A stretch of 64,000 bases of DNA, from assembly GCA_043786385.1 (NCBI GenBank), contig JAYVWC010000076.1:3761-67760 (forward strand). Reading direction: 5' to 3'. This DNA comes from Spongiibacteraceae bacterium. Its GTDB lineage: Bacteria; Pseudomonadota; Gammaproteobacteria; Pseudomonadales; CAMLJR01. This document shows, one piece after another, positions 42,268 to 51,687 of this stretch (position 1 is the first letter of the stretch; every line of letters begins with the position of its first letter). The notes beneath the pieces were generated by a model that worked only from the letters and a program-made list of their open reading frames with translations, ran no database searches and was not told the origin of the DNA. The translations under genes and the position numbers were made by a program.

Positions 42268-44274
42268 ATGAACATATCGACCCGACTGGTTCGGGTGTTG
42301 TTAATACCCTTGCTGTTGCTCGGCAGTGTAGCGGCGAATAGTGCCGCGACGACGACCGCAGCTGTGCATCCCGATGTGCGGGTGTTGATCGATATTTCGG
42401 GCAGCATGAAACAAAACGACCCGCATAATTTGCGCAAGCCCGCGTTAGAGTTGTTGTTACAACTATTCCCGAAAGATGCGAAAGCCGGTGTGTGGACCTT
42501 CGGCGAAACGGTGGAATCGTTAGCGCCGTTGCAAAATATTAGCGAGGGTTGGCGCAAAGACGCACGCCAGAAAGCGGTACAAATCACCTCGACATCGCTG
42601 TACACCAATATTCCTGCCGCACTCGAAAAAGCCGCCGCCGATATGCAAAGCCCGCTGCCGGGTTATCGAACTAGCATTATTCTGCTGACCGATGGCGTGG
42701 TGGATATTTCGAAATCCAGTTCCGAAAATGCTGCTGCGCGGCAACGTCTGCTCAATGAAATTTTGCCGCGACTGCGCAAAGCGGGTGTCATCGTGCATAC
42801 GATTGCGCTATCGAAATCGGCCGATCGCGAATTGCTCGATCGCATTGCTGCGGGTACCGGCGGCCTGTCGGATACCGCAGAAACCGCCGCCGAATTGAAT
42901 CGCATTTTCCTGAAGGCTTTCGATGCCGCCGCGCCTGCTGAGCAGGTGCCATTGGCAGGTAATCATTTTCTGGTCGACTCGTCGATCGACGAATTAACCG
43001 CATTGGTATTTACCAAAAATAGCAAGCCGGTCGAATTGGTGTCGCCCGATCGCAAACGCTACAGCATGGCCAGCCACGGCGACGATGTTAAATGGTTTCA
43101 AGGGCAGGGCTTTGAGCTAATCACCGTAAAAAAACCGTTTGAAGGCGAATGGACGTTAGTTGCGGATATCGATCAGGGCAGCCGTGTCACCATCGTCAGC
43201 AATTTAAATTTGGCGGCTACTCGATTGTCCGAAAGTTTATTTGTCGGCGGCACCGACGCCGAGTTGTTGGCCGCGCTGAAACAAAAGGGCGAAGTGGTCG
43301 TTCAGCCGGAATTTCTCAAATTGGTTAATGTCGCGGCAATCGTGCAGCGGCGCGAAGACAAAAAGCAATGGCAGGTCGATTTGTCGGCCGCCAACACAGC
43401 GCCGAGCGATGGCTATTTTCGCGCGCCGTTGTCGATGCTAAACGAGGCCGGCAATTACGACATCGCGGTGAATGCCGATGGCAAAACCTTTCAGCGCAGT
43501 CAGCGCCAAGCCGTTACCGTGCGCGATAATTTCGATGTGCGCGTCGCGGCCACCGATACGCTGCCGCCGGGACATCGTGTAACTTTAATGGCACAGAATC
43601 CGCGCGTCGACGCAGCCGCCACCAAGGTTAAGGCGCAAATTAAAGCGGCCGATGGCAAAGTCAGCGAACAAGAGGTTGGCGCCAGCGGCGATCGCGAATG
43701 GATGTTGGCGCTCGATGTCGGTGCGCAAAGCGGTCGCATCGAAGTGACCTTTGACGTGGCGAGCAAATATCAGCTGGGCGAGGCCTTTACCTATCGCTCG
43801 GCGACGGTGGCGCTGGATCAAAATGGCAGCCAGGTGGTGGCCCCCGCGGCAAAACCCGAAGTTGCTGCGAAAGCGCCGGCAAAAGAACCCGCTGTTGCTG
43901 AGCCGCATAAAGAGCAGTCGAATAAAGAGGCGCCCAAAAAAGCTGAGCCAGAAAAAGCGGCAGAACCGGCCGCGGCTAAACCAGGTTGGAAAAAATGGGC
44001 GTTGTACGGTGGTTTAGCGCTCGGCAATCTGTTGATTTTCGGATTGGGTTATTTTGCGTATCGAATGATTATGGGCGGCGGCAAATCTAAAGTGTTAGAT
44101 GAAGCCGACGACGAAGACGAAGCGGGTGACGGCGCTAAAGGTGGTGGCAAGGACGATAAAAAACCTGCCGATAAAAAAGAGGATGCGAAAGCCAAACGCG
44201 GCGGTAAAGGTACGCTAGATTTGCCGGACGATGCCATCGATATCGATCCATCCGCCGACAAGAAGAAAAAATAA
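42268..44274 (+). CDS. Membrane-anchored periplasmic vWA-domain protein
   Basis: Signal peptide, MIDAS DISGS..T..LTDG, beta-rich middle region, C-terminal TM and charged tail; alternative start 42247. Confidence 0.8.
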   Translation: MNISTRLVRVLLIPLLLLGSVAANSAATTTAAVHPDVRVLIDISGSMKQNDPHNLRKPALELLLQLFPKDAKAGVWTFGETVESLAPLQNISEGWRKDARQKAVQITSTSLYTNIPAALEKAAADMQSPLPGYRTSIILLTDGVVDISKSSSENAAARQRLLNEILPRLRKAGVIVHTIALSKSADRELLDRIAAGTGGLSDTAETAAELNRIFLKAFDAAAPAEQVPLAGNHFLVDSSIDELTALVFTKNSKPVELVSPDRKRYSMASHGDDVKWFQGQGFELITVKKPFEGEWTLVADIDQGSRVTIVSNLNLAATRLSESLFVGGTDAELLAALKQKGEVVVQPEFLKLVNVAAIVQRREDKKQWQVDLSAANTAPSDGYFRAPLSMLNEAGNYDIAVNADGKTFQRSQRQAVTVRDNFDVRVAATDTLPPGHRVTLMAQNPRVDAAATKVKAQIKAADGKVSEQEVGASGDREWMLALDVGAQSGRIEVTFDVASKYQLGEAFTYRSATVALDQNGSQVVAPAAKPEVAAKAPAKEPAVAEPHKEQSNKEAPKKAEPEKAAEPAAAKPGWKKWALYGGLALGNLLIFGLGYFAYRMIMGGGKSKVLDEADDEDEAGDGAKGGGKDDKKPADKKEDAKAKRGGKGTLDLPDDAIDIDPSADKKKK

Positions 44275-44310
44275 TTGGCGCGGCTGAATACGGCAGCCGC
44301 GCAATTATTT
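44269..44310. terminator. Bidirectional intrinsic terminator
   Basis: AAATAATTG-GCGCGGCTG-AATACGG-CAGCCGCGC-AATTATTT between convergent genes. Confidence 0.7.
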
Positions 44311-44351
44311 ATAAAAATCGATTACGAATTATTGATTTCGATTACGCATTG

Positions 44352-45317
44352 TTAATTCAATTCGGCTTCGCCGAACATTCCTTCAAACAGCGGCGAGCTT
44401 AAATAGCGCTCGCCCGAGTCGGGCAAAATTACCACGATGGTTTTGCCGCGATGCTGTGGCTGCTCGGCAACGCGTTGCGCCACGGCCATCGCCGCACCGC
44501 ACGAAATACCCGCCAAAATACCTTCTTCGCGCATCAGCCGATGCGTCCACGCAATCGCCTCTTCATTGCTGATCGCTTCGACTTGATCGACGATGCTGAG
44601 ATCGAGCGTTTTCGGGATGAAGCCCGCGCCGATACCTTGGATTTTATGCGGCGCGTGCGTCGGCTCCTTTCCTTCGAGCGCGGCGCGAATCATGTACGAC
44701 GATTCGGGCTCGACCGCCACCGAGGTAATTTTTTTCCCGCAAACATTTTTGATATGGCGCGAAATACCGGTGATGGTGCCACCGGTGCCGACGCCGCTAA
44801 TCAATACGTCGATCTCGCCGTTGGTTGCCTCCCATATTTCCGGGCCGGTGGTTTTTTCGTGAATGGCGGGATTCGCCGGATTTTCGAATTGCTGTAGCAT
44901 CACGTAATGCGACGGGTTGCTCGCGACAATTTCCTCGGCTTTCGCCATCGCGCCTTTCATGCCTTTAGCGCCTTCGCTGAGCACCAGTGTGGCGCCGAGT
45001 GCGAGCAGTACTTTGCGGCGCTCCAAGCTCATCGTATTCGGCATCACTAACGTAACGGGATAGCCGCGCGCCGCGCCGACAAATGCCAGCGCGATGCCGG
45101 TATTGCCGCTAGTCGGCTCCACCAAGCCCATACCGGGTTGCAAACGGCCGCTTTGCTCGGCCTCCCAAATCATATTGGCGCCGATACGGCATTTAACCGA
45201 CATCGCCGGATTACGGTTTTCTAATTTTGCGTAAATTTTGTGTTGGGTAATACGATTTAATTTCACCAGCGGGGTATTGCCGATGGTGAGGCTGTTGTCG
45301 GCGTAAAGTCGGTTCAT
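44352..45317 (-). CDS. cysK: Cysteine synthase A
   Basis: [19 protein letters not shown] lysine, [25 protein letters not shown]. Confidence 0.95.
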   Translation of the reverse strand: MNRLYADNSLTIGNTPLVKLNRITQHKIYAKLENRNPAMSVKCRIGANMIWEAEQSGRLQPGMGLVEPTSGNTGIALAFVGAARGYPVTLVMPNTMSLERRKVLLALGATLVLSEGAKGMKGAMAKAEEIVASNPSHYVMLQQFENPANPAIHEKTTGPEIWEATNGEIDVLISGVGTGGTITGISRHIKNVCGKKITSVAVEPESSYMIRAALEGKEPTHAPHKIQGIGAGFIPKTLDLSIVDQVEAISNEEAIAWTHRLMREEGILAGISCGAAMAVAQRVAEQPQHRGKTIVVILPDSGERYLSSPLFEGMFGEAELN

Positions 45318-45460
45318 AGTCATCTCCCTAAGTAATGCGCCTGGCAGGCGAGCGCTCGATAGTGTTGGGCTGCGTCGGCTTGATTCAGTGGCCGACAATC
45401 GTTACGCTGTAGCGCTCTTTTGTCCACCCCCTCGCGGTAATATTTTAGGGTAGCGCAGTT

Positions 45461-46309
45461 ATGAAGTTTGAAGGTACCGAACGTTACGTCGCCACCGACG
45501 ATCTACGCATGGCGGTCAACGCCGCAGTGACTTTGCAGCGGCCGCTGCTGATTAAGGGCGAGCCCGGCACCGGTAAAACGTTGTTGGCGGAAGAGGTCGC
45601 GCAAGCGTTAAATATGCCGCTGTTAACGTGGCATATCAAATCGACCACCAAGGCGCAGCAGGGCCTGTACGAATACGATGCGGTATCGCGGCTGCGCGAT
45701 TCGCAGCTCGGCAATGAAAAAGTCAACGACATCGGCAATTACATCAAGCGCGGTAAATTGTGGGATGCGTTTGCCAGCGAGCAACAAACGGTGTTGTTGA
45801 TCGACGAAATCGATAAAGCCGATATCGAATTTCCGAACGATTTATTGCTCGAACTCGATCGCATGGAGTTTTTTGTTTACGAAACCGGCGAAACGATTCG
45901 CGCGCGCAAGCGGCCAGTCATCATCATCACCAGTAACAACGAAAAAGAATTGCCCGATGCATTTTTGCGGCGCTGCTTTTTCCATTTCATCAGCTTTCCC
46001 GATCGCGAAACGATGCGCCAAATCGTCGAAGTGCATTATCCCGGCATCAAGCAATCGCTGGTGCAACAGGCGATGGAGTTATTTTTTGAAGTGCGCGATA
46101 TTCCCGGCTTAAAGAAAAAGCCTTCGACCTCCGAGCTGATCGATTGGCTGAAGCTGCTGATGGCCGACGATATTCCCGAAGAGATTTTGAAAAATCGCGA
46201 TAACTCGAAAGCGATTCCACCGTTGTATGGCGCGCTGTTAAAGAACGAGCAGGATGTGCATTTGCTTGAACGTTTGGCGTTTATGCATCGCCGCGATACG
46301 CGGCGCTGA
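45461..46309 (+). CDS. MoxR-family AAA+ ATPase
   Basis: GEPGTGKT Walker A, LLIDEIDKAD Walker B, TSNNEKELPDAFLRRC. Confidence 0.93.
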   Translation: MKFEGTERYVATDDLRMAVNAAVTLQRPLLIKGEPGTGKTLLAEEVAQALNMPLLTWHIKSTTKAQQGLYEYDAVSRLRDSQLGNEKVNDIGNYIKRGKLWDAFASEQQTVLLIDEIDKADIEFPNDLLLELDRMEFFVYETGETIRARKRPVIIITSNNEKELPDAFLRRCFFHFISFPDRETMRQIVEVHYPGIKQSLVQQAMELFFEVRDIPGLKKKPSTSELIDWLKLLMADDIPEEILKNRDNSKAIPPLYGALLKNEQDVHLLERLAFMHRRDTRR

Positions 46310-46384
46310 GATGTCGAGATGGGTTGGGTGTTCACTGACAGCGCTAAGAGTATGCGTAAATCCTCTTCACCGAGGACTTAACGA

Positions 46385-47560
46385 ATGCTGATCAATTTTT
46401 TCTTTGCGTTAAAGGATGCCGGTATTCCGGTTTCGATCAAGGAGCTATTGACGCTGCTGGAGGCGCTCACGCGCAATTTAGTATTTGCCGATATCGACGA
46501 GTTTTACTTCCTCAGTCGCACTTGCCTAGTCAAAGACGAAAAATATTACGATCGCTTCGATCGCGCCTTCGGCATGTACTTCAAGGATCTGCAATCGGTC
46601 GAGGATGTGATTCAGGCATTGATTCCCGACGAGTGGCTGCGCAAAGAGTTTAACAAGCAGCTGAGCGACGAAGAGAAAGCAAAAATTCAATCGCTCGGCG
46701 GTTTAGAGAAGCTGATCGAGCAATTTAAGAAACGTTTGGAAGAACAAAAAGGTCGCCACGCCGGCGGCAATAAATGGATCGGCACTGGCGGCACCTCGCC
46801 GTTCGGTCATGGCGGTTACAACCCCGAAGGCATTCGCATCGGCGGCGAATCGAGCCATAAAAGCGCGGTTAAGGTGTGGGAGCGCCGCGACTTTGAAAAT
46901 CTCGATGATAGCGTCGAACTCGGTACCCGCAATATCAAAATCGCGTTGCGAAGGTTGCGCAAATTTGCGCGCACCGGCGCGGCGGACGAACTCGATCTCG
47001 ACGATACGATTCGCTCGACGGCAAAAAATGCCGGCTATCTTGATTTGAAGATGGTGCCCGAGCGTCACAATGCGGTAAAAGTGTTACTGTTTTTCGATGT
47101 CGGCGGCTCGATGGATCCGTACATCAAACTGTGCGAAGAATTATTTTCTGCCGCGCGTACCGAATTTAAACATATGGAGTATTTTTACTTCCATAATTTT
47201 ATTTACGAATCGGTCTGGCAAAATAATATTCGCCGCCAGCAGGAGCGCATGAATACGCTCGATATTTTGCACAAGTACAGCAGCGATTATCGCGTGGTAT
47301 TTATCGGCGATGCAGCGATGTCGCCGTACGAAATCGTGCAGCCGGGCGGTAGCGTCGAACACTGGAACGAAGAGGCTGGCGAAACGTGGATGCGGCGCGT
47401 ATTGGCGACGTTCGATAGGGTGTTGTGGTTGAATCCGACGCCGGAAGACGATTGGCATTGGACGCAGAGCATTGGTCACGTGCAAAAGCTAGTCGAAAAA
47501 CACATGTATCCGTTGACGCTGAAAGGCTTGGAAGACGGAATGCGTTATCTATCCAAGTAA
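46385..47560 (+). CDS. vWA-domain (CoxE-like) partner of MoxR
   Basis: KWIGTGGTSPFG, DVGGSM MIDAS, GDAAMSPYE, WLNP. Confidence 0.9.
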   Translation: MLINFFFALKDAGIPVSIKELLTLLEALTRNLVFADIDEFYFLSRTCLVKDEKYYDRFDRAFGMYFKDLQSVEDVIQALIPDEWLRKEFNKQLSDEEKAKIQSLGGLEKLIEQFKKRLEEQKGRHAGGNKWIGTGGTSPFGHGGYNPEGIRIGGESSHKSAVKVWERRDFENLDDSVELGTRNIKIALRRLRKFARTGAADELDLDDTIRSTAKNAGYLDLKMVPERHNAVKVLLFFDVGGSMDPYIKLCEELFSAARTEFKHMEYFYFHNFIYESVWQNNIRRQQERMNTLDILHKYSSDYRVVFIGDAAMSPYEIVQPGGSVEHWNEEAGETWMRRVLATFDRVLWLNPTPEDDWHWTQSIGHVQKLVEKHMYPLTLKGLEDGMRYLSK

Positions 47561-47566
47561 GTCAAC

Positions 47567-48859
47567 TTAAAACCTCCAGTTGATCTGTGCGCCGAGAACA
47601 TTAGTGTAGCTCTCGTATTTGGCTTGGTAGTTGTAGGGGGCGCCAAGGATTGTATCGCTACGATCGACCGAAGCGGTTCTATCCTCGAAGTACATATATG
47701 CAAAGTCGAGGCTAAGATTGGTGCTTGGCGACCACGTGGTGCCGATTGAGAACAGCGTGCGATCCGAGGTCGGCACGCGAACGCTGCGCGTTGAATCGGG
47801 AATCGGTGAGTTGTCGAGCGCAACCCCGCCGCGCAATGTCCATTGCGAATCGATTTGATAGCTGAGTCCCAACGAATAAAACCACGAGTTGTGCCAATCC
47901 AAATCTTCAGTGGTCGTGCTTAAATCGATTGGCGCCGTCGGTGCATTGTCATTCTCGACCTTAATTTCAGTCAGCTTGCTCCAGCGAGTTTGAGTGACGT
48001 CGCCGTGCAGTGTCAGTTTGGAGGTTAACGCATGCGTGAAGCCGAAATCGATTTTGTCGGGCGTCGTGATATCGAGCGACGCTTTGTATTGTTGTGAGCT
48101 GCCAAGATTCAATGCAGCGGGGAGATTGTCGACATAGGTGTGGCCTTCAAGCGTGTATTCAACTTCCGAGTAATACGTTAAGCCGATCCGTGTGTCCTCG
48201 TCGAATTCATACAGCACACCGAGGTTATAACCCCACGCGGTATCCTCGCCTTCAACCTTGCCGATGACGTCGCTGGATGGATTTAATGGATTGGGAATGG
48301 CTTCATTCAAATTCCCCTTTATTTTGTTAAAGGTCACGCCGGCACCCAGCGATAAACCGTTGTCGAATTTGTAACTGGCGGTAGGTTGCGCGGTGATGTT
48401 TTCCAGTTTGCTTTTGGTGCCAAAATAGCGTCCCTGGAAATCTTTTTCGTAATCAGTGGTGAGGCCAAACGCTGAAAAAATGCCGAAGCCGACAGACCAA
48501 TGTACATCTAATGGTTGAACATAGTAGCCAAAGGGAATGATGGTAAGCGGCACCATATCGCCATCGTTGCTGCCGCTAATGGGCTTTCCGGCAATCGTAC
48601 CGCTGGCGTCTTTAATGTCGGAGTGGGCATCGATAAACGCTAAGCCGCCGCTAAACTCAGCTTGTTTAAGGCGCGACATGCCAGCGGGGTTGCCGACGAG
48701 AGTGGCGGCGGTGTCGGCATCGGAGGCGCGTCCTGAAAAAGTTTGGCCGAGAGTGCGTGCGCTCTGCTCGTTCAACGAGAAGCCGGCGCTGAAAACGGCG
48801 CTGGAAACGATACCGCTAAAGAGTAATAGCGATGCCTGTTTGCCCGATAGGCTTATCAT
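47567..48859 (-). CDS. fadL: FadL/OmpP1 long-chain fatty-acid outer membrane transporter
   Basis: AGFSLNEQSA, NPAG motif, C-terminal aromatic (INWRF). Confidence 0.9.
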   Translation of the reverse strand: MISLSGKQASLLLFSGIVSSAVFSAGFSLNEQSARTLGQTFSGRASDADTAATLVGNPAGMSRLKQAEFSGGLAFIDAHSDIKDASGTIAGKPISGSNDGDMVPLTIIPFGYYVQPLDVHWSVGFGIFSAFGLTTDYEKDFQGRYFGTKSKLENITAQPTASYKFDNGLSLGAGVTFNKIKGNLNEAIPNPLNPSSDVIGKVEGEDTAWGYNLGVLYEFDEDTRIGLTYYSEVEYTLEGHTYVDNLPAALNLGSSQQYKASLDITTPDKIDFGFTHALTSKLTLHGDVTQTRWSKLTEIKVENDNAPTAPIDLSTTTEDLDWHNSWFYSLGLSYQIDSQWTLRGGVALDNSPIPDSTRSVRVPTSDRTLFSIGTTWSPSTNLSLDFAYMYFEDRTASVDRSDTILGAPYNYQAKYESYTNVLGAQINWRF

Positions 48860-49011
48860 AAAATAACCTCTTTTATTTGTGTGGTTAGGCGAAGTCAAAG
48901 GCCGTGCGGTGCGTCTTCAGCTTGCTAAAATTGGCATCGCGCCAAGATTGCCATCGAAAAGCGTAGCAGTCGCTTAACTATTGTGCCATGCCGCGAATGC
49001 AGCGTTATTTT

Positions 49012-50898
49012 TTATTCCTCTAAATACGAATAGCCCGATAAGCCCAGCGTTAACTCTTCAAGGTATTGTTTCTGGGTGTCTTTGGCGAGGCCGCTATCGG
49101 CTAATTTGTTGCGATAGGCGGTAAGAATATCTTTCGGATCGAAATCAACGTAGCGCAGCATATCGGAGACTGTATCGCCATCGAGCGGATTGACGAATTG
49201 ATAGCTGCCATCGGCATTCAGTTCGACATGCACCGAATGCGTATCGCCAAATAAATTGTGCATGTCGCCGAGTATTTCCTGATACGCGCCGACCATAAAA
49301 AAACCAATCAACGGTGGGCGACCATGTTCGTAGCGCGGTAGTGGCAGCGTCGGTTCTATGCCTTCGCCATCGACGTATTTATCGATCTTGCCGTCGGAGT
49401 CACAAGTGATATCCATTAAAATGCCGCGCCGCTCGGGTTTTTGATCGAGTTGACTGAGCGGCAGCACCGGGAATATTTGTTCGATCGCCCACGCATCGGG
49501 CAGCGATTGAAACAGCGAGAAATTGCAAAATATTTTATCTGCCAATAATTCGTTTAACTCATCGAGCATTTCGTTGTGCACGCCGGGATTATTTTGCAAA
49601 ATTTCGCGTACTTTAAAACATGAAGAAAAATAAACTTCTTCGGCACGCGCCCACTGCTCCAGCGTAATTTGTCCCAGCACATACATGCTCTTTGCTTCGC
49701 TGATGTAGTGCACGGCATCGTGGTATGTTTCTAAGGCGCTGCGCCGGGTAATATTTTCGTAGCCGCGAAATAGATCGTGCAAAACTGTCGGGTCGTCAGC
49801 CGTCGGTTGGTACGGTACATTGCGCCCCGGAGTCTCTTCGATTTCGATCACATTGGTGATCAAGACTGCGTGGTGCGCAGTCAACGCACGTCCGGACTCA
49901 GAAATAATATTGGGATGCGGTAACTTGTGTTCGGCGCAAATATCGGCGAGTGCGCTGACGACTTTGTTGGCGTATTCCTGCATCGAGTAATTGGTCGAGC
50001 AATACGAGCGCGAATTGGTGCCTTCGTAATCGACGCCGAGGCCGCCGCCGACATCGACCCATTCGATCGGTGCGCCTAATTGTCGCAGCTCTGCGTAATA
50101 GCGCGCGCATTCGCGCAACGCGCGTTGAATGTCGCGAATATTAGCGAGCTGCGAACCGAGGTGATAATGCACTAATTGCAGTGCAGCGAGCTGCCCAGCA
50201 TCGCGCAGTAATTTAATCGCGGCGAGTGTTTGGCTCGGCGATAAACCGAATTTGGATTTTTCGCCGCCCGAATTTTGCCACTTGCCTTTGCCGACCGATG
50301 CCAAACGCACGCGCATGCCGAGTCGCGGTTGCACGCCCATGCGCGCTGCTTCGTGCAACACCACGCTCAGTTCTGAGGGTTTTTCGATAACGATAAATAC
50401 GCGCTGGCCGAGCTGCTCGCCGATCAGCGCGGTGCGAATATATTCGCGATCTTTGTAGCCGTTGCAGACAATCACCGAACCCGGTTTCGCAATCGCGAGC
50501 ACGGCCATCAGTTCCGGCTTAGAGCCAGCTTCGAGACCGAAGCGCTCCTGGCCACCCCATTTCAATAATTGCTCGACGACATCGCGTTGCTGATTCACCT
50601 TGATTGGATACACCGCACGATATTGGCCTTCGAATGCAAAGCGTGTTTTGGCAGCAGCAAACGCACCGCACAGCCGATCGATGCGATCGTGCAGAATATC
50701 GTTGAAGCGCACCAGTAATGGCAGCGGCATGCCGCGCGCTTCCATTTCGGCAGCTAATTGGCCGAGGTTGATCGAAAACTGCGGACGATCGGGGTCGGGG
50801 CGCGCCAGCAATTCGCCAGCGTCGCTGATATCGAAATAGCCTTCGCTCCAGTGGGCGATATTGTAAAGTTCGCGCGTGTCTTCGATCGACCAGTTCAT
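49012..50898 (-). CDS. speA: Biosynthetic arginine decarboxylase
   Basis: VYPIKVNQ, GLEAGSKPE, DVGGGLGVDY, DITCDSDG, GAYQEILG. Confidence 0.97.
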   Translation of the reverse strand: MNWSIEDTRELYNIAHWSEGYFDISDAGELLARPDPDRPQFSINLGQLAAEMEARGMPLPLLVRFNDILHDRIDRLCGAFAAAKTRFAFEGQYRAVYPIKVNQQRDVVEQLLKWGGQERFGLEAGSKPELMAVLAIAKPGSVIVCNGYKDREYIRTALIGEQLGQRVFIVIEKPSELSVVLHEAARMGVQPRLGMRVRLASVGKGKWQNSGGEKSKFGLSPSQTLAAIKLLRDAGQLAALQLVHYHLGSQLANIRDIQRALRECARYYAELRQLGAPIEWVDVGGGLGVDYEGTNSRSYCSTNYSMQEYANKVVSALADICAEHKLPHPNIISESGRALTAHHAVLITNVIEIEETPGRNVPYQPTADDPTVLHDLFRGYENITRRSALETYHDAVHYISEAKSMYVLGQITLEQWARAEEVYFSSCFKVREILQNNPGVHNEMLDELNELLADKIFCNFSLFQSLPDAWAIEQIFPVLPLSQLDQKPERRGILMDITCDSDGKIDKYVDGEGIEPTLPLPRYEHGRPPLIGFFMVGAYQEILGDMHNLFGDTHSVHVELNADGSYQFVNPLDGDTVSDMLRYVDFDPKDILTAYRNKLADSGLAKDTQKQYLEELTLGLSGYSYLEE

Positions 50899-51095
50899 GG
50901 ATAACCTCTAATGTGTTTTACTGCCGATGCTGTTGAGTGATTCGCTGTCGCAAGGTCTTAAATCGGGCTACTAAATCACCGCTGGGTTAAATTTTTTGAA
51001 ACGGTTAAGGTTCTATTAAGCTTGGTTGCGGTAAGCTAGCAGTGGAATTTGGGAGCACACTGTTACTACGCGAACATACTACAGAGGAAATGATT

Positions 51096-51566
51096 ATGTA
51101 CAAGAATATCCTGTTGGCGGCGATGATCACGAGTAGCGCTTTAACTATCGGCGGTTGCGCCTCTAAGTTGCAGGGCGATAGTTATTCGCGCGACGATGCG
51201 CGCACGCCGCAGGTGGTGCGCATGGGTACGATCGAGGCGCTGCGTCCGGTCAAAATCGAAGGCACTAAAACGCCGATTGGCGCCGGTGCCGGTGCAATCG
51301 TCGGTGGTGTCGCGGGTAGCAGCGTTGGTGGCGGTAAGGGTAGTGCGGTGGCCGCAGTGATCGGCGCAGTCGCCGGTGGCTTGATCGGGGCGGCAACGGA
51401 AGAGGGCATGATGCGCACGCAGGGCGTGGAAATTACCGTGAAAGAGGATGGCGGTGTTACCCGTGCTTACGTGCAAGAGGTCAGCGAAGGCGACATATTT
51501 AAAGTCGGCGATCGCGTGCGCATCATGATGGTCAACGGCCAAGCGCGCGTTGCACATGCGCAGTAA
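51096..51566 (+). CDS. slyB: SlyB-like glycine-zipper outer membrane lipoprotein
   Basis: Lipobox IGGC, GAGAGAIVGGVAGSSVGGGKG glycine zipper, GDRV. Confidence 0.8.
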   Translation: MYKNILLAAMITSSALTIGGCASKLQGDSYSRDDARTPQVVRMGTIEALRPVKIEGTKTPIGAGAGAIVGGVAGSSVGGGKGSAVAAVIGAVAGGLIGAATEEGMMRTQGVEITVKEDGGVTRAYVQEVSEGDIFKVGDRVRIMMVNGQARVAHAQ

Positions 51567-51641
51567 TTATTGATATGCCTAGTCAGTCGCTATTTGTTAG
51601 GGGTTTGATGATCGGTTAAATTTGCTGAGATCAGTCAAAAC

Positions 51642-51669
51642 AAAAAAACCAGCGCAAGCTGGTTTTTTT
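51642..51669. terminator. Bidirectional intrinsic terminator
   Basis: AAAAAAA-CCAGC-GCAA-GCTGG-TTTTTTT. Confidence 0.9.
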
Positions 51670-51687
51670 ATGTGCCCCTGACAGCGT

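Noticed and set aside
45461..47560. MoxR-vWA pair as a novel defence system
   Set aside because: A widespread chaperone-type pair with host-like composition and no accessory effector genes
48974..48988. Sigma54 promoter for fadL (TGGCAC on the minus strand)
   Set aside because: The -12 element reads TTAA instead of TTGC
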